Below are positions 37,001 to 49,858 of a DNA stretch of 64,000 nt, piece after piece (position 1 is the stretch's first letter; each line of letters begins with the position of its first letter). The translations under genes and the position numbers were made by a program. Under the pieces are notes generated by a model, which saw nothing but the letters and a program-made list of their open reading frames with translations, had not been told where the DNA came from and did not search any database. This DNA is from Camelus dromedarius (taxonomy: Eukaryota): the NCBI RefSeq assembly GCF_036321535.1, contig NC_087437.1, positions 90,522,001-90,586,000 on the forward strand, given 5' to 3'.

Positions 37001-37716
37001 TAACTTAAAATATTTGATAGACCAGTACTACCTTTCATATTTTATCCTAAAGAAACATCCTCACAATAAAGAAGTCTATTTGTAAAGTTTTTTTTTTTCT
37101 CTCTGTTGCATCGTTAGTAACAGCAGAAGACTAGAAATGACTAAAGCTTCCATAAATAAGAACAAGTTAAATAAACTCTGGTTTAAACACACAGACACAA
37201 AGAAATTGCTGACTATGCTGATAAGTTACCTGAGGAACAGTCTCTCTAGTATGCCTACTTTTTTGTAAGAAAGGGATAAATATAAGTATATATTCTTATT
37301 TGCTTCATTTATATGAAGAAACATTGAGATAATAAAAGTGTGGTTGTCACAAGGTTAATGAGGATAGGATGGAAATGAACATTCTAAATGTACACCTTTA
37401 AATCATTTTAATTTTGAACCATCAAATGTAATGACCATTTATTTAATGAGTAACAGTTGAATATTTTAATTTTAAATCAGAAAAATATGAAATACGAAGA
37501 ATGAAGTTGATTGGATATATATACCATCAACAAAATGGATCTTGGAACATTAAACAAAGCTCCAAAAGAAATCCAAGTTAAAGGAAATATTTAGTATGTA
37601 AGGGAACAATTTTTTCAATAATCATCCTGGAGGAATTAATTGACTATTAAAATATATAACTATGTTTATCTTATGGCTTATATTAAAATATGATCTGATT
37701 TAAAGATTGAATTTTT

Positions 37717-37865
37717 GGGTTTTTTTTTTTTTTTTGGTTTTTTGAGGGAAGGAGGTAATTAGGTTTACTTATTTATTTTTTATTTTTAATGGAGGTACTG
37801 GGGATTGAACCAAGGACTTCATGCATGCTAAGCATGCATTCTACTGCTGAGCTATACCCTCCCCC
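37717..37865 (-). mobile_element. vic-1-type SINE
   Basis: ggaggtaattaggtttac ... ggaggtactggggattgaacc ... gagctataccctccccc; TSD aaagattgaattttt / aaagatttaactttt (13/15). Confidence 0.88.
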
Positions 37866-39519
37866 AAAGATTTAACTTTTACTGAAGAATTTTAATAACT
37901 AGAAAATATATTTGATATTTTGATGGGATGGCCACATATAATTTTTTGTTTTTTGAGGGGAAGCCCACATGTGAGAAAACCCACATGTAAAGAAATAAAC
38001 TATCTTATAGAATATAAAAAATGAGAGTTCTCTGTGTCAAAAAAACTCATAAAATTTATAAGCAAAAGACTAAGGCAAAAAAATGTAAGAAAATATAATT
38101 ATTCAAGTAATAGTGAAAGAAAAGTGTTGATATCCTTAAAATATTAGAGATAAAATGTCTTTTGGAGAAAATATTAATAGAAAAATAGAAAACAAAACAG
38201 TATGCCTAAAAATTTCTTAGCAGGAAATACAAATAATCATATTTAAGAAGCCTTAAATTATTATATTGATTACTAAATACCATTTACTTAACTATATCAG
38301 CTGAAGATAATTTTTTTAATGCACAATATACAGTTGCCCAGGGAATCTATGTGTGCTAAGGCAAGCCCTCCCACTTACTGCTTGTAGGCATATAAATAGT
38401 AAATAGGCAATTTAGCAACACATACCAAAAGCCTTTGGAAGATGAGAAAATGTGGATGTTTCCCCAAATTTTTGGCTACTGTAAGCAACAACTTGTACCC
38501 AAGGTCATAAATTTTCTCCAGTCTTTTAGGCAAATATTATTCATTATGGTATTAATTTTTAACATGTGTATAGACAATGATTATCCTTTTTTTCCATATA
38601 TTTATGGCTACATGTTATTCTTTGTGAAATGACTGCTCATGGTGATTTTACAACAGTCTGTGTTTTTATTTGATGGAAAAAATTACCAGGAACAAACAAA
38701 CAGTTTTTAACCTGATACTTTCTTTTTTGCTTTGGGAACAAGAACTAGTATAGGGCTATACATGTGCTTTTCCAAAATGGTCTTTCATTCAGCAACTGTT
38801 AACGAGCACCTACCATATATCAGGTATGGTGTTAGGTGCTAGGAAGAAAGCAATGAACTATAAAAACAAAACAAAAAAAGAAGCAAATACCTTGCCTTTA
38901 TAGAGCGACTAATATTCTAGTGCATTGTAAACCATTAGAAAGATTATATATTCTGCAGTCAGATGTGTTAAAATACTTAAAATATAAACGTACCTCCAAA
39001 CTTTCCCACCACTCACTCTTTTTCTAAATAATCATATACAACTCCCTGCCCTTCTTAATCCAATAACTCTTATTTTTATGATAATGATTACTTATTAAAC
39101 AATACTCGAGAGAATATATTAGGATAAAATGTGCTCAATTCCTCAAACTCATCATTGATATATATCCTTCAGTATTTACTTGTATTATATCTATCATTCT
39201 GTATCAAACACTGCACTTGCCTGGGGATATATTTAACAGTATTTACAATAAAAAAAAACTTCCCTATAAGTCTTGGAAAGTGAATGCAATATTGAACTAT
39301 TTCCTACTCTTCATCAAAGCCCAAGTATAATAAGCTATATTTATGGAACTATTCATCCCTCTTTCCCCTCCTCCTGCCCCTCCTCCCAGTTCTTTTTTTT
39401 GAGTGTAACTTGATGCTTTAGGTCAGATTTTGTACAAATTTGTGCTTATGTTTGTGTATATATTTGTGGGTGTGTGTATATATATTTTAAACTTTATGTG
39501 ATATTTTTATTTGCTTTCA

Positions 39520-40790
39520 TGGTGGATCTTCTGATATTTTGGAAAGTTTTTTAAGTGATTATCTTCATAATAAGATTTTTATATAAAACACTTAGACACC
39601 TCTTTTTTAGTTATTATGAGAAAAAAAGGAATCTTGCATTCTCTTCCTCATTCCCTCCCTCTTCTCCACCACTCCATTTTAATAATATTCTCTTCCTTGT
39701 GTTTATTTTTATATGAAATCTGCATACTTTTATCACTGCATTTGTCATAAAAGATGCCCTTTGCAAGCTACTGCACGTAAGACAATAAAGAGGATTATTT
39801 CAATATCCAAATTAATTTCTTTTTATTTTTTTCACTTATTCATTTTGACATTATCAGGATATATAACATTTATATCTTATTATTCATATTCTTGCCTTGG
39901 TTTTTGTCAACTTGATTTTTAGCTGAAATACTAAATTCTCCCTACTAGTCCTTTTCCAGGGTTTTCCCAATAACTATTTAGCTGACTGTAGATTTTCTTC
40001 AAGAAGGGTTCTTATGAAAAATATATGTTGTTATTTTACATTCAATACTGTTTTGTCTGTGTCCTTTATACTTGGAAGGCAACTTTGTTGGATATAAGAT
40101 CCCGATACTACATTTTTTCTCTTGCGTCTTTTTCCCTTACGTATTGATCTATTGTCTTATGGCAATGAATATTTCAGCCAAACTGATTGTCTGTACCTTC
40201 ATTTTTAATCTGCCTATCTGATTTCCTTTCCCTTATAAGTGACATAATCTTTTTCACCTAGAAGCCAGATTCTTTCCTTATAAATCAAGTAACTATACTA
40301 GGATACATTTCAGTGTATCTAGGTTCCATTGCTTTCATTTTCTCCTTCACAATTTTAACACTGCATATGTTGTATCTTTGGTTTCTGTCTTATCAACAGC
40401 TATTCACTAATAATTTTAATTTGGTTTCCTTTTGATATTTTTTCTTATTTCACTCCTCTGTGAACCCTACTTTTCTGTTTCCTTTCTTCCTATTTATCCT
40501 CCTCTTCACTGGCCATTTCTTCCCTGAATTCTTAACTGACTTTCATAAAAGTTGTAATTGATTCCTTAATGTTTTTGAATTAATGCTGGAATGTTGGGTT
40601 AAAATTTTATATTCTAAGTGTCAGTTTTCATTCATGTTTTTATGTCTCTATAGGGAATTTTTTGCTGTTCCTCTTCCCCAAACATATTTTCTTACAGTAA
40701 TGTTACATAGATGTTTTGCCTAGTCCTCTTTTTTGTTTCTTTGTTTTTGTTTTTGGAATTTTTTTTTTAGAGTTGGGTTTTCTGAAAAGA
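39520..40790 (-). mobile_element. HAL1 or old L1 remnant
   Basis: ttcaagaagggttc ... tttatacttggaaggcaactttgttggatataag ... ttcccttataagtgac resembles HAL1; boundaries approximate. Confidence 0.5.
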
Positions 40791-41844
40791 AAATAGCAAA
40801 TGGTAACAGTTACCATATATAATTCATAAGTACTATTTTTAAATTTCTTTTTAAATGTTTGTCTTTTTATTTGTTAATATTAATTATATTAAGAGCCTAT
40901 ATATACATATGTGCAACTGTTTTGTCATATGCATATTCATATTTAAATAAACATAGAATTCCATGTAGTATTATTTTACATATCTTTATAAATCCTCATT
41001 CACTGAAATTAAAACCTTTTATCATTGATAGTTCTATCCAAAACGTAAAACTCTTTAAACTTTGCAAGCAATAGGGAGTTAAGCACAGCAAATTAAGTGC
41101 TTACAAATCTGCTGAAAGGACTGAGGAGTAAAGGTCAGGGAAAGCCACCAACAGATCTCAGATTTGCTGCTAGCTTTGGGCGAATTATGAAGTTGCTATT
41201 TCCAACTCAGCTCAAAGGTACAGGAAATCACTGCTGATGGTTACTGCAGTGCTGGCTGCAGCACCAAAGAAAATGATTCTTAGCGTCAAAACACAGCAGA
41301 CACTAAAAAATCTCCCATTCTCCGTATCCATGCTTTTGCCTGCTGTTGCAAGAGGAAGACCAGGGCTGTGTTTCACTTCTACCTTCCAGATCTAATAAGA
41401 GTCATTCACGTTATTATAATCTAAACCAAAGTCCTGCCACAAAGCATTCTGGGAAATTTGTTTCCCAGACATCAGTTTCTGAACTATAGGAGAGAGCATA
41501 GAAGGTGGTGAGAATGGTTGTGAGTACCGGCAATCAGTCTGACACAATCCTCTTCTTTGGTTCCTCAGCACCAATACATAGCCTTCTACTCAAGTTTATC
41601 TCCCAAACAATGGCAACAAATTCACATGACCATCTAGCATGATGAGACTAACGTGTTTGCTCTTTCTTCAAATTCTCATTAAGCCCTATATACAGCACTA
41701 GATGGTGTTTATTCCTTTCCCTGTTCAATCACAGATCCCCTTCTATGTCCTATAAAATAAAGAATAAATAATAAAAGTCACCTTCATCAAGATACTTTGT
41801 ATAAAGTTTAGTGGAAAAGAGAAAGGGTTTAAAAAAGGCAATTG

Positions 41845-42355
41845 ATCCTCACATCAGTCAGAATGGCCATCATTCAAAAATCCAGAAATGAGGCCCTGGA
41901 GAAAAGGGAACCCTCCTATACTGTTGGTAGGAATGCAGTCTGGTGCAGCTTTTATGGAAAACAGTATGGAGATGCCTTAAAAGACTAAAAATAGACTTAC
42001 TATATGATCCAGCAATCCCACTCTTGGGTATACATCCAGAGGGAACCTTAATTCAAAATGATACTTGCACCCCAATGTTCATAGCAGCACTATTTACAAT
42101 AGGCAAGACATGGAAACAACCTAAATGTCCATTGACAGATGACTAGATAAAGAAGCTGCGGTATATTTAACAATGGAATACTACTCGGACATAAAAAATA
42201 ATAAAATAATGCTATTTGCAGCAACATGGATGGACTTGAAGATTGCCATTCTAGTGAAGGTAACCCAGAAAGAGAAAGAAAAATACCATATGATATCACT
42301 TATATGTGGAATCTAAAAAAAAGACAAACACTTACAAAATGGAAACAGACTCAAA
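41845..42355 (+). mobile_element. L1 3' fragment within the ERVL
   Basis: ORF 41943-42146 ([45 protein letters not shown]) is the L1 ORF2 C-terminus. Confidence 0.9.
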
Positions 42356-43290
42356 AACATTTCTCCAATTTCAGCAAGTGTTGCTATACAGAAAATACCA
42401 TAATTAAGTCTTATATAAGCCATTCCACTATATACTGGATCAACAGCCTCAGGGTGATGAAGTACAGAGTAGGGTGAGTGACTCCCCTGGGTTATGTGTC
42501 TATTGCTTCACTCCTTTGCTATAAAGTGAATGCCTTGATCAGAAGGAACATAGTGTGGGATATCATGGCAGCAAACAATGCATTCTGTAAGTCCATGGAT
42601 GAGAATGAAGGCAGAACATGGAAATACTTATCTAAAGTAAGTGGCAATACCAATGGGAAAAAATTGCTGCCCCCTCTGTGATTCAAAGGATTGAAATTCA
42701 CTAAACTTCCACCAGAACTTATTGCCACTCTTCTCTACAGGAACATATGCTATATGTAGGGTTCCTAGTTGATCTTCACTGTAGGCATTTGGTCATTAAG
42801 CGGTGGAGGTAGCCAGATTTACCTGTGTGAGGAGAAGCCTATGTATTTGAGGCTAAGTCAGTTCTATACCAGCATCTGTTTTCAGTTTGTTAATGAGTCT
42901 ACTGAGTAAGCACTACGTGACAGGTAGAGAGGCTGACTGACATCCACAAAATGAGAAATCCTCTCTTACTTGATTATTGCAAGTCTCCTCCACAAAACTA
43001 TGCTTTTGAAAACATTTACATAAGTAACAAATATCTTTACATTCTTTGCCAATTCTTACGCATTCATCCTTAATTTTCTTAAAAAAACATTTCCCTAATT
43101 TTTAAACTGCACTGCTTCTAAGTTTCTTGCCACTGGATAGATAAATCATTAGCCAGAGCACTGATTGCTCATGTCCAAGAATTGATGTATATCTGTACCT
43201 CCAGCCAACTCCTTTTCCAAGCAAAGTGAACAACCAGGTGTCATGTTCAGCATGACAAGAGACTTTTCCTTCACTATTGTCCTTCAGGTT

Positions 43291-43733
43291 TATGATGATT
43301 AACTTGACATGTCAACTGGACTGAGGGATACCTAGAGACTTGGTCAAACATTAGTCTGAGTGTTTCTGTGAGGGTGATTGTGGATGAGATTAACATTTGA
43401 ATCAGCAGAATGAGTAAAGCAGATTGCCCTTCCTGAATGCAGGTGGGCCTCATCTAATCCATTAAAGGCCTGAATGGAACAAAAAGGCTGACCCTCTTAT
43501 GAATGAGTGAAACTCCTGCCTGACTGATAAAGCAGGAACATCAATATCTTCCTATCTTCAGCCTCTAACTAAAACCTCAGCTCTACTTGGATCTCAAGCT
43601 TACTGGCTCTCAGACTGGAACTACACCATCAGTTCTTCTGGTTCTCCAATTTGCCAACTGCAGGTCTTGGGTCTTCATGGCCTCCATAATCACAGGATAC
43701 AATTCCTTATAAAAATTAATAAATATCTTTACA

Positions 43734-43764
<31 letters not shown>

Positions 43765-43782
43765 TTCTCCCACTGTTTCTAT
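43291..43782 (+). mobile_element. MLT2 (ERVL) solo LTR
   Basis: tatgatgattaacttgacatgtcaactggactga ... gagattaacatttgaatcagcagaatgagtaaagcagattgccct ... (TA)n near the end. Confidence 0.85.
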
Positions 43783-46700
43783 GAAATTCCTTATCATGCT
43801 ATAGATATGAACTGAAGGAGAGGAGGCAATTCTTTAGAATTAGGCCCCATGAGAGTTGAAGCTACCTGATCATGGAACTTATTCATGGTATCAGAATCTG
43901 CAAAAGCCTGATTCTAGGGATTTATGGATCCTATAATAGCTAATCGTGCTGCATAGTTGAGAACAAACGGTTCTTAGGTCAGATGCCTCATTCAGTTTCT
44001 ACTAAGGGTCCCTTAGCAAAGTTGGAGGTCTTTTTAAAAATCAAAGTAATTGTTCACAGAAAAAGACATGACTTTGTTCCTAGAAGTTTATTTTTCTCCT
44101 TGTATGAATTATTGGAGGGTTCCTTGGATATCCCTATTTGTACAGACATGTTATGTATTGTTAGATTTACAGAATCACAGACTAACTGGAGGAGCAGCTA
44201 GCTTATTCAGCCTTATTTTGTTCTGCACTCAAGTCAAAACTAGCAACCTTACAGAATAGGTCACAGTAGTACATGTTTTTTTTTAAAAAAATAAAGCAAC
44301 ATGCTTTTTTTTTTTGCTAATAATGAGAAAAATAAGTTATAATATAAACTTGTGGCAGTGTTGCAGGGTCTTTTATCCAGGGATTCAGCCTACCCTGAAT
44401 TTAAGGATTCTATGTCTATGACCAAAAGAACTTCCTTCTCCAATATAACTCGAATAAGGTCTCCAGATAGAGGTTTTTCTGTTTTGTTTCATCTTCATTT
44501 TAAAAATATGACATGACATTTCAGTATGGTGCTCATTTATTTCCCTGCTAGAATCTCCATGATCAATATGATACTACTACCAGAGGTGCCTAAAATGAAA
44601 ATTATTATTATTATTACTGTACCAGGTCTGCTGCACATTTCAGTAACCACACTGGTTGTTAAATCACTAACAATTAAGGGTTATGGTTTGGCTTCTCCTA
44701 ATCTGGAATACTGGCACTCTCATCAGTAACAGGAAGTCTGTTCTCCCCTTGTTATCCCCTGCCTAAAAAAGCCATCTAATGCAGAACTCTTCAACAACAC
44801 TAGTGCTTCTTCTACGAAGAAGTTTTCAATCTTTGGTGACATAAATGTATGAATGTCCTCTGAGGACCTCTCAAGAGATATCACAAAAGATAAATCCATT
44901 ACAACATCCCTACATCTTTTAGACTTGGGATTTACTCATGGGCATTATATCAAGAAAATTATAGCACTTCAAATTCATTTAAAATAGGCTACTATTTAGG
45001 TTAGGTTTTGATTATCCAACCCAACAAAATAAGCCAACGAGATTTAATCAATTATCTCTAGTAAGTGTACATATATTGTGAAATCAGCCCACTTTAATTT
45101 TTCTCTTTGATTTTTGGATCTTAGGAATTAATTTCTATCCATATGACCCTATATTTTGGCTGATATAAAGTATCAAAACCTTTCTCTGCTTTTTGTATAA
45201 ATGCTGTCTCCTCCAAGTTCATAGTATGGACTCATTCCATTCAGGTATTCTTGAATCTAATTCTAATTATAGTTTTGGAAGTGATCATAATTGATAAAAT
45301 GGATATCATAAAGGATAGTGATTGTTTCAGATGAAGACAATACAGGACCTTCAAATAAAAGGAGTAGAATCTCCCCAGACAGAAGAAAAGGAACTGGAAG
45401 GGAAGGGTCAGTAAGATTTGAGTATTCAGTGTATTCAGATTCTTCCAAATCCTCCCAAATGTCCCAGTATGATCTTCAGGATATTACTATTTCCCAAATC
45501 AACAAAAGACCTTGAGAGATCTGGATTCAACTTGTTTGTAATTCTGTCTTGCAGAATCAGACTTTGGGTACTATTTGAGGAATGTGGGCTCTTTTGTTAC
45601 GAGATAAAACATGCTTTCAGAGAAACCATACCAGCCTATTCTTTGTGCCACAAACTGAGATTTGAAGGCCTTAATTTGTCATTTTATTGCTGTTAACTCT
45701 CTAGCGCTGTCAGAAGAGAAATTTAGTGTATGTATAATCATCATTCCTACCACAGAAATAGAGTACAGCAGTTATTTGATGACTTAAAACCATTATCTTT
45801 CATAGATACCTTATTCCAGGCTGCTATCAGTTGATGAAACTTTTGTTGTGACATTCCAGGAACTACCAGTATCCCATATTCCACTAGAGGTGACAAATTA
45901 TTATTACATTAAAATCCAAGAAGTAAGATAGCACAAAAACATTAAACATACTCATATAAAATTATATATGTCTTTATTCTTTATTTCAAGAGATACCAGT
46001 GCTTATAACTTCTTTTGATATTTCAACCCTAATCCAATAAATTTAATACATATAGCTGCTAAGGATCATGTAAATAATAAGTTAAACTATCTATTTTTAT
46101 AGCTGAAGCTGTTTTCTTCACTTGTTGATTATTTTTACTATGATGAATTTATTTTTGGGACACTGGTGCCAACTAACTCAAAAAAGGGGAAATTTATTGT
46201 AAGTAAGAACCCCAAAACAAGCCTCAGGAAAAGTGTGATACAGGGCAATTGTGAGAGTTTTGGCAAAATAAATTATTAGACTCTCGTTGTGACATTTTGT
46301 TACTAATGAGATCTTAGCTACAAATTTACTAACTCCATGTGTGAGCACTATTTAGTTCAACTTCTCAAAAGAGACATCTGCATTGGTTGTTGATTAACAA
46401 TTAAAGAATGTCCCGTGGACCATATGGTCGCATTTAAAACAATAGCTATGATTGTACAAACAGAGGATTATGAGGTTTGACATTGCTCTCAGACCCTCTC
46501 TTTCAACCAGGGGCACATAATGTTCAATTCTAAAAGAATATGATATGGGCTGAAGCAGGCAAAATATACATTTTATAATTTCTTCTTCACTTATTATTTA
46601 TTTTTTAGCGCGGTATAGATTGTTATGCCAGAAAACTGCCATAAACCAGACTGATCCAGAAATATGGTTTTGGGTACATGGCCCCAGCTAAAACTGTGGC

Positions 46701-48274
46701 GGCAAGTTAATTTGGAGCTGAAGTTGCTTTAGGGAATGAGAGTCCTTTTTGACTAATTAGAGTGATCCAAAATTCCTACAAGATTTCCAAGTGATTTCAT
46801 GGGAATCTCGGGATAAGGGATAAGATAAAGCAGAATGAACTGTAACCCACTGAAGTTATCTAAAAATTCCTAGAACTCATTCATTCAGTTTACCTCAAAA
46901 TTTAATACTTCATGTTCCTTATTATTAGATATTATACAGGAATAACTTGAAATAAGTGTGAGTTACCTGATAATGCTGTAAATGCACATTTTTGAAGTGA
47001 ACACTGGGCAATTACCCATGTATAAAGTTGTTCAGACTGACTAAAGACCAGTGATGTTGTGATATCCTGTCAGACACAATTATGCTATTTCTATGTGCCT
47101 TTCTGTGCCCAAAACAGAAAAAGAAAATCTTTACCCAGAATTACAACCAAATAAATGTAGTTTCCCCATGTTTTGAGTCTTTATAGCATTTTATGCTTAT
47201 TTAGGACTCTGATCTACTCTATACAGTTTAATAATTTTTAACCTTTTTTTTACCATGAGGGAAAGATGATATCTTATTTACAATTGTTTCTTCTATGATA
47301 CTTTATACACAGTGTTCCGTACATAGTAGTTCACAAGATAAGTTTTATTTACATTAATTAATGGGAAAATACTACATTTTTGGCAAGGCATTGACTTTAT
47401 TATCTTTTCCCTTTAAGAAAAAGCATCATGCATTCTTGGGAATAGCAGTCATTAATTACAGCAAAAATTATGTCACGCTACCTATTTCTATCATAAGAGG
47501 TACATGTAAACCGACCTGTTCATCAGTTCATTATAAGTATTCAGTTCCCATCATCAACTCAGTTAGCATTATAAGAGGTCCTTATAACTTGTAAGGCATC
47601 ATGAAACATCAGACTTTCAAGCTCCTTGCAGTAACTGTGGATGGCACCACAGAAAGAAGCTCCTCTTATTCTCTGAAAGCCATACCTATATCATTTTTCT
47701 GCCCAAATGTACTGGCCTTTCTCTACTGTCATGGGGAGTTTTGATTTATGTCACTCACTGTGAGGATTCAGTGAATAAGTCGATGCCAGTTCCTGTGGAC
47801 TCTCTGGTACACATAGAATAGTTTGTCTGGGACTGTCATTTTGCTTTCACTTGACATTACAAAATGACAAAAAGCAAACCTTTGGTGATCAAACACACAC
47901 ACACACGCATGCGTGTACAAACACACATATGCACACATGCACACATACAGAGTAATCACCAAGATATATTGACCTTAGGAAGGAAAAATAAAAGTAAAAA
48001 CCTAATGTGGTGTAAAGAAAAGGAGAGTCAATGATAGGTTTATGCTTAATAAAGCTTATAACTCATTTAATTCCCTCTACCTCCACACAAAATTTTCTTG
48101 AATTCTGTTTGTGTCATGATTATTTTAGCACATGGAAATTTGCAACGTATTTATATTTTGAATATTGTCTAAGTTGAAACTTTACAAAACTTGTCTAAAA
48201 TCATAATCATGAGAAACATCTTGTGATTATCAAAGATTTTTTTTAATAGTACATGCTTGAAAGAGTCCATTGTT

Positions 48275-48311
<37 letters not shown>

Positions 48312-48554
48312 TACATGAATAGATATTTATCACTCACTATGAGGATTCAGTAAATAATTCGGTGCATGTCCCCCTGTACTCTCTGGTACACAGGAAAACA
48401 AATGATTTTCTGTATACCAGAGACAGGAAATCAACACAGATGTTTTTTATAAAAAAAATCATTTCTAAATATGTATAAATGTGTAATTATCTGAAGGATT
48501 AGATGGACATTTAAAATCAAGTGACTGCTACCTCCAGTAGAGTTCCTTTTGAAG

Positions 48555-48785
48555 CAGTGTTTTGCAGTGGTTAAACACATCAGTTGTGCCAACACATCAT
48601 TGTTTCTGAAGCCTGGCTATACCACATAAAAAATGTGGGACCTTGGACTAATAAACATCTCTCAAACTCAGCTTTCTTATTTTCAAACTAGGAGTAATGA
48701 GTATCTACTTCATAAGATTGTTATAAGGATCAGACATCAGTGCCTGCACTTGGTAAGCCTTTAATAAATATGTTATTGTTACTAT
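48555..48785 (+). mobile_element. MIR SINE remnant
   Basis: gcagtggttaa ... gaccttgga ... ctcagctttcttattttcaaactaggagtaatgagtatctacttcataagattgttataaggat. Confidence 0.7.
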
Positions 48786-48951
48786 CATAATAAGTTTGGA
48801 CAAATGGAAAATAGAGAAAATACAAAACCCATGGATATGTTGAATTATTCCCTTCAATAATACAAAACCTAATTTCAATTATTTTCTTCTCAGGATACAC
48901 AAAGATGAAAAAATAATACCAGAAGAAAATAGATTGGTAGATAGATTATAA

Positions 48952-49697
48952 TGTGATAGTTTTAATGTATAGTCCTGCTCCACAGATACTGAGATTTGTT
49001 TGTGATGTGATTTACTTTGGTCAATGGAATGTGAATTGGAATCTAGTTAGAAAACATAAACCACACCAATTATTTTAACAGATAATTTAGTGTAAATTAA
49101 TCTTAATAACTAGCTATTGGAGGCAAATTAACTACTTAAAAGGCAAAGGGAAATACTGCTTTATCATGGAGATAATAGCTGTGGGAAAGCAGTTACCATC
49201 CCTAAGGCTGAAGATGAAACAGAAAGATTGAGATTGCTAAAGGTAAAAGTTTAAAAGAAAGATCTCATGAATGTGGAGTCCAGACTTCTGAGATGGTTGG
49301 TTCTGGTGCCTCAGAGCCTCTGAACAGGGACTCTGTAGGGCTTGTGTACAAACCTTAAGGAAGGGGCAATACTTATCTGATAATGATGTCCTTGGAGTTC
49401 AAAAGAGGGACCCCACTAGTGGTAGAGCATAGACTTCTGAAGAGAGGACTTTCACTAGCTGTTTCTGGTGCCTATGAATAGGCACAGAGAGGCCAGCTTT
49501 AGGAATTTCAGCAAATGCACTCTGTAATCAACTGCTAATACAAAGTTAATTAATATTGCTGGGAATACACACAGGGAAGGAAGTCTTCCCTTCCTCCTCA
49601 CACTTCCAGTCACCTCTAATCTCCCCTATAGCAAGTAGTTGTCTTATGTCATTGAGTTTTGGACTAGTTTGTTACACAGTAATAACTGACTGATACA
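48952..49697. mobile_element. MLT1 LTR ends flanking an ERVL LTR (LTR40/41-like) fragment
   Basis: MLT1-like start tgtgatag...ttggtcaatggaatgtg and end ttgagttttggactagtttgttacacagtaataactgactgataca; the middle 49040-49630 resembles a different LTR. Confidence 0.55.
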
Positions 49698-49741
49698 GCT
49701 GGATAGGTAGGTAGGTAGGTAGATGAATAGGTGGATGATAG

Positions 49742-49858
49742 ACATCCATAAGGGCAGGGATTTCATTTGTTTTGGTTAACATTGTATCTCCACCTTTTAT
49801 TAGAATACTGCCTGATAAATAGTGATCATCAAAGATAACAAACAACTAAATGAATATA
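49742..49858 (+). mobile_element. L2 3' end
   Basis: ccataagggcagggatttc...tgtatctcc...agaatactgcctgataaatagtg...aaatgaat. Confidence 0.6.

Larger units (their letters stand above)
41065..45890 (-). mobile_element. Ancient ERVL provirus remnant (3' LTR, PPT, integrase, decayed gag/pol), interrupted by L1 and MLT2
   Basis: Minus-strand 42720-42430 translates FWWKF..QRGQQFFPIGIATY / IHGLTECIVCCHDIPHYVPSDQGIHFIAKE / YSVLHHPEA, similar to the ERVL integrase core. PPT-like AAAGAAGAGGAT abuts the TG of a putative LTR at 41546. Confidence 0.8.
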
